Positions 18,891-28,636 of a stretch of DNA of 64,000 bases are shown in pieces. Within the stretch, counting starts at the first letter, position 1. The number at the start of each line of letters is the position of its first letter. The stretch covers positions 10,040 to 74,039 of the forward strand of contig VXNF01000083.1 in the NCBI GenBank assembly GCA_009840735.1, given 5' to 3'. The notes beneath the pieces are model-generated. The model searched no databases. It worked only from the letters and a program-made list of their open reading frames with translations, and was not told where the DNA came from. This stretch comes from Acidimicrobiia bacterium (GTDB lineage: Bacteria > Actinomycetota > Acidimicrobiia > Acidimicrobiales > CATQHL01). Both the position numbers and the translations under genes were made by a program.

Positions 18891-20735
18891 TCAGTCGAGC
18901 GCCTGCCGTGCGGTCGCCGCGATCGAGGCCGCGTCGAGGCCGCAAGCCGCCAGGATCTCGTCGGGCTTGCCGTGGGGGAGGTAGGCGGTGGGGATCCCCA
19001 GGATCCGCAGCGCCGGCATGGCGCCGGGTCCGTCCATGGCGCTCAGCGCGGTGGCGATGCCGGCGCCGGCGCCGCCCTCGCGGATGCCGTCCTCGACGGT
19101 GACCACCAGCGCGTGCGCCCGGGCGTCGCTCAGCATTGCCTCGTCCAGCGGCGTCACCACGCGCACGTCCCAGACCGAGGTGGAGACCCCGTGGCCCTCT
19201 AGCTGCTCCGCGGCCTGCTCGGCGGCCTCGAGCATCTTGCCCACCGCCAGCAGGCAGACGGTGTCGCCGTTGCGCACCTTGCGCCCGGCGAGTCCTCGGC
19301 CTACCTCGTCCTCGGCGACTTGGCGGGCCGCGGTCTTGGGCCAGCGGATGGCGACGGGCCCGTCGGTCATCTCCAACGCTTGGGACAGCATGACCTCCAA
19401 CTCTTGGTACGACGACGGGGCCATCACGCACATGCCGGGCACCTTGGTGAGTAGCGCCATGTCGAGGATTCCGTGGTGCGAGGGGCCGTCGTCGCCGGTG
19501 ATGCCCGCCCGGTCGATGCAGAACACCACCGGCTGGCGGTGCAGCCCCACGTCGAGGTTGACCTGATCGAACGCCCGCGTGAGGAACGTGGAATAGATGG
19601 CCACCACGGGACGCAGGCCGCCCATCGCCATGCCGGCCGCGGAGGTGACGGCGTGCTGCTCGGCGATGCCCACGTCCACGAAGCGGTCGCCGAAGCGGTC
19701 CTTGAAGGTCAGCAGACCGGTGGAGTCGGGCATGGCGGCGGTGATCGCCACCAGCTCCGGCCGGGACTCGGCCTCCTTCACGATGGCGTCGGCGAAGGCC
19801 TGGGTGTAGCTGCCGAGCTTGGTCTGAGAGGTGTCGTGCATGCGCTTGACGGGGTCGCTCTCGGCGGGGGCGTACCCGCGGCCCTTATCGGTCAGCACGT
19901 GTACGACGACCGGGCCCTTCAGCTCGGCCGCGTGACGCAGGCTGCGCTCCAGGTTACGGATGTCGTGACCGTCGAACGGCCCGGTGTAGCGGACGCCGAG
20001 GTCGGAGAAGAACGAGGGCGACTCCTGCAGCTCCCGCACGCCGGCTTTGACGGCGTCCACGACCCGGTCGACGTGCTCGCCGACGAGCGGCAGATCGCCC
20101 AGGATGCGCTCGATCCGCTCCTGCTGCTGCACGAACGCCGGATTCACCGCCAGGCGGGCGAGTCGTTCGCTCAGCCGGGACACCGTGGGGGCGTAGGAGC
20201 GGCCGTTGTCGTTGAAGATGATCACCACGTCCAAGTTGGAGTGGCCCAGGTTGTTCAGACCCTCGAAAGCCATGCCGCCGGTCATCGACCCGTCGCCGAT
20301 GACCGCCACGACGCGGCGGCGAGGGGCGCCGCGTTGCTCCGCCGACCGGTAGGCGAGCGCGAGGCCGTGGGCGTAGCTGAGCGAGGTCGAGGCGTGGCTG
20401 TTCTCCACCCAATCGTGCTCTGACTCCTCGCGCGACGGGTAGCCCGACAGCCCGCCCGGTTTGCGCAACTCTTCGAACAGCTGCGATCGGCCGGTGACGA
20501 TCTTGTGGACGTAGGCCTGATGGCCCGTGTCCCAGATGATGGCGTCGGTGGGGGAGTTGAAGACTCGGTGCAGGGCGATCGTCAACTCGACGGCCCCGAG
20601 GTTCGAGCCCAGATGGCCGCCGTGGGTGGTGACCGCCTCCACGATGAACGCCCGGATCTCCTCGGCGAGCGCGTCGAGCTCGTCGTAGTCCATCTCCCGC
20701 AGAGCCGCGGGGGTGATGGCCTGATTCAGCAGCAT
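18891..20735 (-). CDS. dxs: 1-deoxy-D-xylulose-5-phosphate synthase
   Basis: The product contains GGHLGSNLGAVELTIALH, GDGSMTGGMAFEGLN (the ThDP motif) and FDVGIAEQHAVT. It is a full-length 614 aa. Confidence 0.95.
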   Translation of the reverse strand: MLLNQAITPAALREMDYDELDALAEEIRAFIVEAVTTHGGHLGSNLGAVELTIALHRVFNSPTDAIIWDTGHQAYVHKIVTGRSQLFEELRKPGGLSGYPSREESEHDWVENSHASTSLSYAHGLALAYRSAEQRGAPRRRVVAVIGDGSMTGGMAFEGLNNLGHSNLDVVIIFNDNGRSYAPTVSRLSERLARLAVNPAFVQQQERIERILGDLPLVGEHVDRVVDAVKAGVRELQESPSFFSDLGVRYTGPFDGHDIRNLERSLRHAAELKGPVVVHVLTDKGRGYAPAESDPVKRMHDTSQTKLGSYTQAFADAIVKEAESRPELVAITAAMPDSTGLLTFKDRFGDRFVDVGIAEQHAVTSAAGMAMGGLRPVVAIYSTFLTRAFDQVNLDVGLHRQPVVFCIDRAGITGDDGPSHHGILDMALLTKVPGMCVMAPSSYQELEVMLSQALEMTDGPVAIRWPKTAARQVAEDEVGRGLAGRKVRNGDTVCLLAVGKMLEAAEQAAEQLEGHGVSTSVWDVRVVTPLDEAMLSDARAHALVVTVEDGIREGGAGAGIATALSAMDGPGAMPALRILGIPTAYLPHGKPDEILAACGLDAASIAATARQALD

Positions 20736-20782
20736 GGATGAGCCTTCCGGAGACCGTCAGGGGAGCACACGTGGGGAATACT

Positions 20783-21757
20783 CTAGTGAGCGACGCCGCG
20801 CGGGGCGGTAGTGGCGGGGAGTTCGTCGTTGTCCCGGCGGCGCTGCAACCGCCGGGCGCGGCGCTGCTGGCTCCAGCGCACCAGGGGAGTCGCCCACGCC
20901 AGAGCCACGAGCGCGCAGGCGGCGCCGGCCGCGGCGTCGATCCAGTAGTGGTTGGCGGTCACCACCACGGCGAACAGGGTCAGCAGCGGGTAGAGGTAGA
21001 GGAGCAGGCGGCCCCAGCCGTTGCGGATCCGACCGCGCAGCGCCAGGAAACACCAGAACGCCCAGGCGAAGTGGATGCTGGGCATCGCTGCGTACTGATT
21101 GGAGAGCGTCTGGAAGGTCCCCGAGTCGAACGACCAGAGCCCTCCGTAATGGACCATGGTGTCGACGAAGCCCGCATCGGGCAGGCAGGCGCCGTACGGC
21201 CCGCAATCGCCCAACAGTCGCGGCGGCATTAGGGGGAACAACGCGAAGCCCACAAGCCCCAGCCCGGTACACAGCAAACCGGTCGTCCGCCACCGCTGAT
21301 AGACCTCCGGGAACTTCAAGTAGAGCCAAGCCATCGCAAAAAATGTCACGGTGAAGTGCAGCAGGCCGTAGAACACGTTCCACACCGCGATGAAGGCGTC
21401 CCAGCCGAGGAACCAGCCCTGCACGGTGGACTCGAAGTAGAGGCCGAGCGCCCGCTCCAGCTCGATCACGATCTCGGCGTTGTTCAAGGCGTGGACCGGC
21501 CCCACCGCGGCCGAGCCGAACCGGTTCCGGACGATGCCGTAACCGACGTAGAACAGCCCGATGAGGAGGATCTCCCGCCACCAGCGGATACCCAACTCCT
21601 GGCGCTTGGCGCCGTTCGATCCCCCGACGAGGCCCTCGAATCGGCGCAGCAGCGGGGACTCGGCCCACCGCTGCCTCCGGTCGTGGTGCCCACGGCGGCT
21701 CGGTCGGACGACCCCGGTGGTCACGGGAACCTCAGACGAGAGCCTCGGCGCGGTCAT
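20783..21757 (-). CDS. PAP2-superfamily membrane protein (Aur1/Ipt1-like PAP2_C type)
   Basis: This is a polytopic protein with the motifs NQYAAMPSIHFAWAFW and TANHYWIDAAAG. It overlaps the end of the upstream flippase-like gene by ~26 nt, so the start is uncertain. Confidence 0.7.
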   Translation of the reverse strand: MTAPRLSSEVPVTTGVVRPSRRGHHDRRQRWAESPLLRRFEGLVGGSNGAKRQELGIRWWREILLIGLFYVGYGIVRNRFGSAAVGPVHALNNAEIVIELERALGLYFESTVQGWFLGWDAFIAVWNVFYGLLHFTVTFFAMAWLYLKFPEVYQRWRTTGLLCTGLGLVGFALFPLMPPRLLGDCGPYGACLPDAGFVDTMVHYGGLWSFDSGTFQTLSNQYAAMPSIHFAWAFWCFLALRGRIRNGWGRLLLYLYPLLTLFAVVVTANHYWIDAAAGAACALVALAWATPLVRWSQQRRARRLQRRRDNDELPATTAPRGVAH

Positions 21758-22823
21758 CGTCGGCTTCGGGCGGGTCCGCTGGGATGCGTCGGCGTCCGAA
21801 CAGCCGGTTGCCGAGCAGCACCGCGGGCAGTCCGGGGAGGCTGCACAGCAGGATCAGCAGCCCGATGAGCAGGCCCAACGAGAACGCCTGCTCCTCGGGC
21901 GCGCCGACGGCAGTCAAGAAGAGCACCAGCGAGGCCTCGCGCACGCCGAGGCCGCCGATCCCCAGCGGCAGGACCTGCAGCATTAGCACCGCCGGGAAGA
22001 ACGCCAAGAGCGCGGTGAACCCCACCTCGTCGATGCCCATCGCCTCGGTGGCGCACCCCACCGCCAAGAGAACGCACAGCTGGTAGACCACCGAGGCCAC
22101 CAGCAGCCGCACCGCTGCCCGCGGCTGCGCCTTCAGCGCCTCGAGGGCGAGGTGCATGGCGTTGAGGTAGCGGGCGATGCCGCTGCGATCCTTCAGCCAG
22201 CGGCCTGTGGCGTTGTGGCCGACCACGTAGAGCAGGGTGCCGAAGGCGGCGAGGGTGACGCAGGCGAGCGTTATGGCGGTGGCCGACGAGGCGCCCAGAC
22301 TGGCCAGCGGCGGGTTCAGCGCCAGGCCGACGAAGGTGAACATGGGCAGCACCAACCACCCTGAGAGCCGCTCGAAGATCACCGAGGCGAAAGCCGCGGG
22401 CGGCTTGCCGGTGTCGCGCCCCAGCCGGGTCACGCGCAGCACGTCCCCGCCGATGGTCGTCGGCATCACGTTCGACACGAACTGCCCGGCGATGAAGTGC
22501 GACAGGATCCCGCGCAGGGGAACCTCGAGGCGTAGCGCCTCGGTCACCTGCCGCCAGCGGAGAGCCGCGAGCACCAGCGACAGTCCCATCAGGGCGAAGG
22601 CCCCGAACAGCCAGAACGGTGTCCAGCGGTTCCAGTCTGGGAGCAGCTTGGAGGCGTCGAGATTCGGACCCTGGACGATCAGGAAGGTCAGCAACCCGGC
22701 GCTGATGCCCGCACGGAGGGCGTAGACGGTCCAGGTGCGCTTGCGGTCCATGGGTTCCTTGAGAGGAGCGGGTTGCGTCGGCGTCCGGGCGGCTCGAGGG
22801 CGCGCCGCCGCTTCGTGGGGCAT
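21732..22823 (-). CDS. Flippase-like / lysylphosphatidylglycerol-synthase TM-domain family membrane protein (UPF0104)
   Basis: The protein has about 8 TM segments and contains TTIGGDVLRVTRLGRD and LPLGIGGLGVREASL segments, typical of this family. Confidence 0.7.
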   Translation of the reverse strand: MPHEAAARPRAARTPTQPAPLKEPMDRKRTWTVYALRAGISAGLLTFLIVQGPNLDASKLLPDWNRWTPFWLFGAFALMGLSLVLAALRWRQVTEALRLEVPLRGILSHFIAGQFVSNVMPTTIGGDVLRVTRLGRDTGKPPAAFASVIFERLSGWLVLPMFTFVGLALNPPLASLGASSATAITLACVTLAAFGTLLYVVGHNATGRWLKDRSGIARYLNAMHLALEALKAQPRAAVRLLVASVVYQLCVLLAVGCATEAMGIDEVGFTALLAFFPAVLMLQVLPLGIGGLGVREASLVLFLTAVGAPEEQAFSLGLLIGLLILLCSLPGLPAVLLGNRLFGRRRIPADPPEADDDRAEALV

Positions 22824-23038
22824 GACGCGGCGCGGCTCTGACCGGAGTGCCGATCGGTGGCGGTCAGGTTACTCGTGCGCGGCGGGGCAGTGAACTGAGC
22901 GTCTGGACAGGCGATCGCCGCGGGCAGCGGCCTATGGCGACGGACAGACGGTGAACCGCCCCGACTGTCGTCCAGCTGCGGAGTGGGCGCGGTCGCTCGC
23001 GCCGCGGCGGCTCCATCCCGGCGGCGGCTCCGCGGCGG

Positions 23039-23425
23039 TTACTGCGGCGGCAGGTACTCGCCGAACCGCTGGCGCTCGACGACGATCCGCACGATGCGTC
23101 CGCTGCCCACCAGGTCGCCGTCGGCGTCGCGCGCCTCCACGCTGAAGGTGAGCCGCCGCCCCTCGACCCGCTCGAGGCGCGCCTTGGCGAACACCGTGCG
23201 CCCCACCGGGACGGGCCGCACATGGTCGAAGTGGACCCGCATGCTGACGCTGGTGGAGCCGCTGGGGAGCTTGTCGCCGAGGGCGTCGATGGTGGCTGCC
23301 TCGCTGAGGGCCAAGAGGATCGGCGTGGCGAGGATCGGGAACTCGCTGGAGCCGACGGCCGCGCCGGTGTCGGCCTCGCCGACGGTCCGCTCGGCGCTGC
23401 CGCGGGCACCAGCTTCGAGAATCAT
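23039..23425 (-). CDS. Hotdog-fold thioesterase family protein
   Basis: I set the start at the ATG at 23425 (MILEAGARGS...). The pattern VGTSVSMRVHFDHVRPVPVGRTV...ARDADGDLVGSGRIVRIVV is typical of small hotdog thioesterases. Confidence 0.65.
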   Translation of the reverse strand: MILEAGARGSAERTVGEADTGAAVGSSEFPILATPILLALSEAATIDALGDKLPSGSTSVSMRVHFDHVRPVPVGRTVFAKARLERVEGRRLTFSVEARDADGDLVGSGRIVRIVVERQRFGEYLPPQ

Positions 23426-23660
23426 GACAGCAACCTGGGGGTCTCCTCGTCGCGTTGGCGCGTGGTGCGCGCGGCTTGTTTTAGCCGGAATCGGCACCGA
23501 GCGCGGGCTTCGACCGCGACACCAGCGCGGTTACCCTGCGCGACGCGGTGCCCCTCGCTCCCGGCGCGGGCGCCGCCTGATGGTGGTTTGATGCGACCCG
23601 ATCGGACCCATTCGGATTATACCGAAATACATTGGCTTCCTTGAAAACTAATATCAGGTC

Positions 23661-23688
23661 TTGACACAGTTCAGAGAACCGCTAGGGT
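23661..23688 (+). promoter_or_regulatory. Candidate sigma70-type promoter (TTGACA-16 nt-TAGGGT) in a locally AT-rich spacer
   Basis: TTGACA lies at 23661-23666 and TAGGGT at 23683-23688. The pair sits ~95 nt upstream of the protease ATG, in the only conspicuously AT-rich stretch of this part of the window (23600-23680). Confidence 0.3.
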
Positions 23689-23782
23689 GGTGCCCGGGTC
23701 TGGTCTCCGCGACGCTCAACCGCTGCTTGAGTTTCCGCCGCGGAGATTCCGACCTCTCGGAACGCGCGGAGGAGGAGCAACC

Positions 23783-24139
23783 ATGGGCGAGACCCGGGTG
23801 GACGTGACGATCAGGAACCCCGCGGACTCGCGGCGCTGCTGGGAGGGCGAGTTCGTGGTGGACACGGGCGCGATCGACTCGGTGGTGCCGCGCCGGCACC
23901 TCGAGGCCATCGGCGTTGAGCCGTTGGAGGACGCGGTCTACCTGCTGGCCGACGGCAGTGAGTTCCACACCCAGACAGCTCTCGCTCAGATGGAGTTCGA
24001 GGGGCGCCGTCTGGGCTCCACCGTGATCTTCGGCCCCGACGACGTGGATCCGCTGCTGGGGGTCACGGCCTTGGAGTCCGGCGGCTTCGCCGTAGACCCC
24101 GTGAACAACGAACTCCGCAAGGTTGTGCGCCGGCTGTAG
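23783..24139 (+). CDS. Retropepsin-like (clan AA) aspartyl protease family protein
   Basis: A GGAGGAG Shine-Dalgarno sequence precedes the ATG at 23783. The catalytic-type motif FVVDTGAIDSVVP and the ending [16 protein letters not shown] are present. The ~118 aa length is typical of single-lobe bacterial retropepsins. Confidence 0.7.
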   Translation: MGETRVDVTIRNPADSRRCWEGEFVVDTGAIDSVVPRRHLEAIGVEPLEDAVYLLADGSEFHTQTALAQMEFEGRRLGSTVIFGPDDVDPLLGVTALESGGFAVDPVNNELRKVVRRL

Positions 24140-24399
24140 CCCGTCTCGGTGCCGTGAAGGGCCAGAACCCGGACTGGGGTTTCGACCGGGGGCGCAATGT
24201 GGCCCGCGCCATCCTCGATCGGTTTGTCACCCCAAGCGTCGTCTCCCGTCGAGGGTCGCCCTTCGATCGGTCGTGGCGTGCGCTGGCGGGTCGCCGCGAT
24301 TGTGACGAGTTCCTCGTGGGTGAACTCTCGGTTCTCAAACTCGATGGCAATCGCAATGGCCGCCTCGTCGCTTAGTGTTGCCATAGGTTTCTGACTCAT
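23986..24399 (-). CDS. Hypothetical protein (uncertain; 3' part overlaps the protease gene convergently)
   Basis: The ATG at 24399 has an AAGGAC Shine-Dalgarno sequence ~6 nt upstream. The N-terminal ~40 aa ([36 protein letters not shown]) look protein-like, but the rest is low-complexity. The frame only closes at 23986, ~150 nt inside the convergent gene. Confidence 0.3.
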   Translation of the reverse strand: MSQKPMATLSDEAAIAIAIEFENREFTHEELVTIAATRQRTPRPIEGRPSTGDDAWGDKPIEDGAGHIAPPVETPVRVLALHGTETGYSRRTTLRSSLFTGSTAKPPDSKAVTPSSGSTSSGPKITVEPRRRPSNSI

Positions 24400-24638
24400 T
24401 GGCGTCCTTTTGTCAGGAAGTGCCGGAACGTGCGCCGGAGCGGCATGGCGTGGATGACCGCATGACCGTTGGCACATTCAAGGTACAGGGTTTGGGCAGG
24501 TTGCCAGCGGTGTCGGGCCCTGTCGTCGAAGGCGGTGGGAGCCCAGCCGGTATACTCGCTGGCGACGGGGGGGCGGACGACAGCACGAGCAGCACTTCGA
24601 GCGGCGCTTCGACAGCCGGGAACGATGATCGAACCACA

Positions 24639-25829
24639 GTGAGCCCCACCCACATCTTCACGTCGGAATCGGTGACCGAAGGCCACCCCGACAAGATGGC
24701 CGACCAGATCTCCGACGCCATTCTCGACGCCCTCATCGCCAAGGACCCCAACAGCAGGGTCGCCTGCGAGACGTTCCTCACCTCTGGCCTCTGCGTCGTG
24801 GGCGGCGAGATCCGCACCGAGGCTTGGGTCGACATTCCGACGATCGTGCGCGAGACGATCTGCGGCATCGGCTATGACCGCAGCGACGGCGGCTTCGACG
24901 GCAACACCTGCGGTGTGCTCCTCGCCATCGGCGAGCAGTCCGAGGCCATCACCGACGCGGTCGAGCGCGGCGGTCCCGACGACCTCGATGGCCTCGGCGC
25001 CGGCGACCAAGGACTGGTGTTCGGATACGCCTGCACCGAGACCGACACGCTGATGCCGCTGCCGATCCACTTGGCGCACCGCATGGCCGAGCGGCTGGCC
25101 GAAGCCCGCCGGGCCGACACGCCGCCCTACCTGTGTCCCGACGGCAAGACGCAGGTGACCGTCCGCTACGAGGGGCCGAAGGCCGTCGGCGTGGACGCAG
25201 TGCTGGTGTCCACGCAGCATTCCGAGTGGATGGACCGCAGGACCATCAGCGACGACGTGTTCGAATGCGTGATCCGTCCGGTGCTCGAAGAGGCAGCGAC
25301 GAACGCCGCCGGTCGCCTCGACATCGACGATCCGAGCGTGTACGTCAACCCTTCGGGGATGTTCGTGAAGGGAGGCCCCGCGGCCGACGCCGGGCTCACC
25401 GGACGCAAGATCATCGTCGACACCTACGGCGGGATGGCCCGACACGGCGGCGGCGCCTTCAGCGGCAAGGACCCGACCAAGGTGGATCGCTCGGCGGCGT
25501 ACGCGGCCCGCTGGGCGGCGAAGAACCTCGTCGCCGCCGGCGCGGTGGAACGCTGCGAGATCCAGGTGGCCTACGCCATCGGCGTCCCGCAGCCCGTCTC
25601 GCTCATGGTGGAGTCCTTCGGCACGCACCGCGTCGACCCTGAGCGGATCGAGCCGGCGGTCCGGGAGGTGTTCGACCTGCGCCCGGCCGCGATCATCCGC
25701 GACCTCGACCTGCTGCGGCCCATCTACGGGGCCACCGCCGCCTACGGCCACTTCGGCCGCGAGCGCGACGAGTTCACCTGGGAGCGCACCGACCGCGTCC
25801 ACGAACTGCGATCGGAACTCGGCCTCTGA
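24639..25829 (+). CDS. metK: S-adenosylmethionine synthetase
   Basis: The GTG at 24639 gives [31 protein letters not shown]. The motifs [12 protein letters not shown] and [16 protein letters not shown] are present. The upstream 80 in-frame codons of the track ORF are not MetK-like. Confidence 0.95.
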   Translation: MSPTHIFTSESVTEGHPDKMADQISDAILDALIAKDPNSRVACETFLTSGLCVVGGEIRTEAWVDIPTIVRETICGIGYDRSDGGFDGNTCGVLLAIGEQSEAITDAVERGGPDDLDGLGAGDQGLVFGYACTETDTLMPLPIHLAHRMAERLAEARRADTPPYLCPDGKTQVTVRYEGPKAVGVDAVLVSTQHSEWMDRRTISDDVFECVIRPVLEEAATNAAGRLDIDDPSVYVNPSGMFVKGGPAADAGLTGRKIIVDTYGGMARHGGGAFSGKDPTKVDRSAAYAARWAAKNLVAAGAVERCEIQVAYAIGVPQPVSLMVESFGTHRVDPERIEPAVREVFDLRPAAIIRDLDLLRPIYGATAAYGHFGRERDEFTWERTDRVHELRSELGL

Positions 25830-25903
25830 GCCGCGCCCCGAGCCGCCAGCCGCAGCCAACCGAACCCGAATCCGCTGCCCGGCGCGGCCCGCGGGTCGTC
25901 CGA

Positions 25904-27748
25904 GTGCTGACCGACGTGGTCGCCCTCGAGCGGGAGTTCGACTACGCAGTACCCCAGGCCTGGCACGACGACGGCCGGGCTGGCCGGCTGACGGTAGGCA
26001 CGATGGTCCGAGTAACCCTCAAGGGCCGGCGAGTCGGCGGCTGGGTGACCGCCTGCGACCCGCCGTCTGGGGAACCGCCCGGCCACCCGGTGCCCCCAGG
26101 CGGGTTGCGGGCAGGGGGCGACTCGAGGACCGCCGTCGGGCCTGCGCCGGAGTTGGCGCCTTTGGCCAAACTGGTCGGGGTCGGCCCGCCCGCGGAGGTC
26201 CTGGAGTTGGCCGGCTGGGCGGCCCGGCACTGGGCGGGCCGTCGGGCGACGTTCTACGGGACTGCCTCGCCGCCGCGGGTCGTCGGGGACATTGCTCGCA
26301 GCGCCGCGCGCCGGGTGCCGGCGCTGCTGCCCGCTGACGCTGCCGCCGCGGCCGGCGCTTCGGTCTGGGAGTCCGCCTTCGATCGGGCGGTGTCGCTGGT
26401 GCGGATCCCGCCTGCCGGTGACCGGGGACCGCTGCTCTCCGCGGCGCTGCGGCGCGGCGACGTGCTGCTGGTGGTGCCGGGGGTCGCGGAGGCGTCCCGC
26501 CTGGCCGCATGGGTTCGCCGCCGGGGGGTGCCTGTGTCGTTGCTGCCCGAAGGCTGGGCGCAGGCCGCTGCGGGCGGCGTGGCAGTGGGAACCCGCGCCG
26601 CGGTCTTCGGCCCCATGCCCCATCTGGCGGGAATCGTGGTCCTAGACGAGCACGACGAGTCCTTGGTGGCCGCCGACTCGCCGTCTTGGAGCGCCCGCGA
26701 GGTGGCCGTGGAGCGGGCCCGCCGCGCCGGCGTGCCGTGCGTTCTGGTCTCGCCCATCCCCAGCCTCGAGGCCCGCGTGCTGGCATCGGGGGAGCCGCTC
26801 ACCTCGGCTCGTCCCATCGAGCGCGAGGGCTGGCCGAACGTGGAGGTCGTGGATCAGCGCGACCCCGAGGTGGGCCGCGCCGGGCTGTTGAGCGCAACGC
26901 TGGTGGCCCGCCTGCGCTCCTGCGACCGCGCCGTCTGCGTGCTGAACCGCAAGGGGCGGGCGCGGCTGCTGGCCTGCACTGGCTGCGGCGACCTCGTGGT
27001 CTGTGACGCCTGCGGTGCCACCGTCGGCGAGGTCGTCCCGAACGGGACCGATGAGCGCCCCGGTGCCCTGGTGTGCGCCCGCTGCGGCGAGCGGCGCCCG
27101 AGGGTGTGCTCGAGCTGCGGAGCGACGCGCCTGAAGACCCTGCGTCCGGGGGTCAACAAGCTGCGAGAGGAGCTCGAGGTTCTGCTGGGTGAGCGGGTCA
27201 CCGAACTGACCGGCTCGACAAGCTCCGGCGAGCCCGGCGACCTGTCTAGTCGGATCGTTATCGGCACCGAGGCGGCGCTGCACCGGGTGCCGCGCGCCGA
27301 CCTGGTGGCGTTCTTGGACTTCGATCAGGAGCTCTCGGCGCCGCGCTACCGCGCCAACGAGCAGGCCATGGCGCTGCTGGCCCGCGCCGCCCGGCTGGTC
27401 GGGCCTCGCAGCGGCGGGGGCCGCATTCTCGTGCAGACGCGCCGGGCTGACCACCCGGCCGTCGAAGCCGCCCGCGCCGCCGACCCGGATCTGCTCAGCC
27501 GCCACGACCGCGAACTGCGCCGCCAACTCGGCTTCCCGCCGTTCGGGGCGCTCGCCGAGGTCGCAGGCGAGGCGGCCGGCGCCTTCATGGGTGGTCTGGG
27601 TCGGCCGCTCGGCCTCGAGGTCTCCGAGCTGGGCGAGAACCGTTGGGTTGTGCGTGCCGCGGATCGAGATCAGCTCCTCGACGCGCTGGCAACCGTCGAG
27701 CGCCCTCCCGGCCGCCTGCGCCTGGCCATCGACCCGCTCCGCCTGTGA
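25904..27748 (+). CDS. priA: Primosomal protein N' (PriA)-like, Walker A absent
   Basis: The Cys-rich zinc region is CTGCGDLVVCDACG...CARCGERRPRVCSSCG. The C-terminal segment LGFPPFGALAEV is present, and a DEHDES box stands in the DExH position. No GxGKT/S motif occurs anywhere in the 614 aa. Confidence 0.8.
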   Translation: MLTDVVALEREFDYAVPQAWHDDGRAGRLTVGTMVRVTLKGRRVGGWVTACDPPSGEPPGHPVPPGGLRAGGDSRTAVGPAPELAPLAKLVGVGPPAEVLELAGWAARHWAGRRATFYGTASPPRVVGDIARSAARRVPALLPADAAAAAGASVWESAFDRAVSLVRIPPAGDRGPLLSAALRRGDVLLVVPGVAEASRLAAWVRRRGVPVSLLPEGWAQAAAGGVAVGTRAAVFGPMPHLAGIVVLDEHDESLVAADSPSWSAREVAVERARRAGVPCVLVSPIPSLEARVLASGEPLTSARPIEREGWPNVEVVDQRDPEVGRAGLLSATLVARLRSCDRAVCVLNRKGRARLLACTGCGDLVVCDACGATVGEVVPNGTDERPGALVCARCGERRPRVCSSCGATRLKTLRPGVNKLREELEVLLGERVTELTGSTSSGEPGDLSSRIVIGTEAALHRVPRADLVAFLDFDQELSAPRYRANEQAMALLARAARLVGPRSGGGRILVQTRRADHPAVEAARAADPDLLSRHDRELRRQLGFPPFGALAEVAGEAAGAFMGGLGRPLGLEVSELGENRWVVRAADRDQLLDALATVERPPGRLRLAIDPLRL

Positions 27749-27784
27749 ACCCCACGAGCTGGCGACCACTCGTAGGCTGGGGCG

Positions 27785-28426
27785 GTGAGCGTTGGGGAGG
27801 CGCGAGACCTAGCGGCGGTGCTGCGCCAGAGGCTGGGGGCCGAGCGGGGGCGCTGGGCGTTGCGGTGCCTCAACAAGGCGGCCGAGGCGTTCCAGTCGGA
27901 GTACCACCGGGAGGCGCTGGCGCAGCTGCGACCGGTGATGGACACCGAGGCGGCCGACGTGGCCGAGGTGCGCGAGCTGCACGGCCTGATCCTGTACCGG
28001 CTGCGGCGCTGGCGGGCGGCGGCTCGGGAGCTGGAGGCCTTCGGCGCCCTCACCCGCAGCTGCGAGCAGACGCCCGTGCTGGCCGACTGCTATCGGGCAA
28101 TGGAGCGCTGGGACAAGGTGGAGGAACTCTGGGACGAGCTGCGCCGCGAGAGCCCGTCAGCGGGGCTGGTGGCCGAGGGGCGGATCGTGGCCGCCGGCGC
28201 GCTCGCCGACCGCGGCCGGCTTCCTGACGCGGTCGCCTTGCTGGCCGACGGCTGGCGCACGCCCCGCAACCCACAGGAGTTCCACCTGCGCAGAGCGTAC
28301 GCCCTAGCCGACCTCTACGACCGCGGCGGCGACCAACCGGCTGCCCGGCGGCTGTTCACCTGGATCGAACGCCACTCGCCCGGATTCGCCGACTCGACCG
28401 ACCGCCTCGCCGACCTGTCCGCCTGA
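27785..28426 (+). CDS. Hypothetical helical-repeat (TPR-like) protein
   Basis: This is a 213-aa ORF with a GTG start. It is Ala/Leu/Arg-rich with helical repeat character. I recognise no specific family. Confidence 0.45.
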   Translation: MSVGEARDLAAVLRQRLGAERGRWALRCLNKAAEAFQSEYHREALAQLRPVMDTEAADVAEVRELHGLILYRLRRWRAAARELEAFGALTRSCEQTPVLADCYRAMERWDKVEELWDELRRESPSAGLVAEGRIVAAGALADRGRLPDAVALLADGWRTPRNPQEFHLRRAYALADLYDRGGDQPAARRLFTWIERHSPGFADSTDRLADLSA

Positions 28427-28636
28427 GGGAGGGCGAACCCCATCGGTTAGTCGGCCATCGTGGCCGATCAGGACCAACTGCCGACGGAGGTGTCCGGCGT
28501 AGCGCAGAGAGTCAGCTGGGAGGAGCGCCCGATTGGCGTCGCCGACGGCTGTCACCGGGGTAGGGTCGCCGCGACGGGCACCGCCGCAGAGACCCCGCCG
28601 TCATGCCCACCCATCGAACCGCACAGGAGCCGCCCT

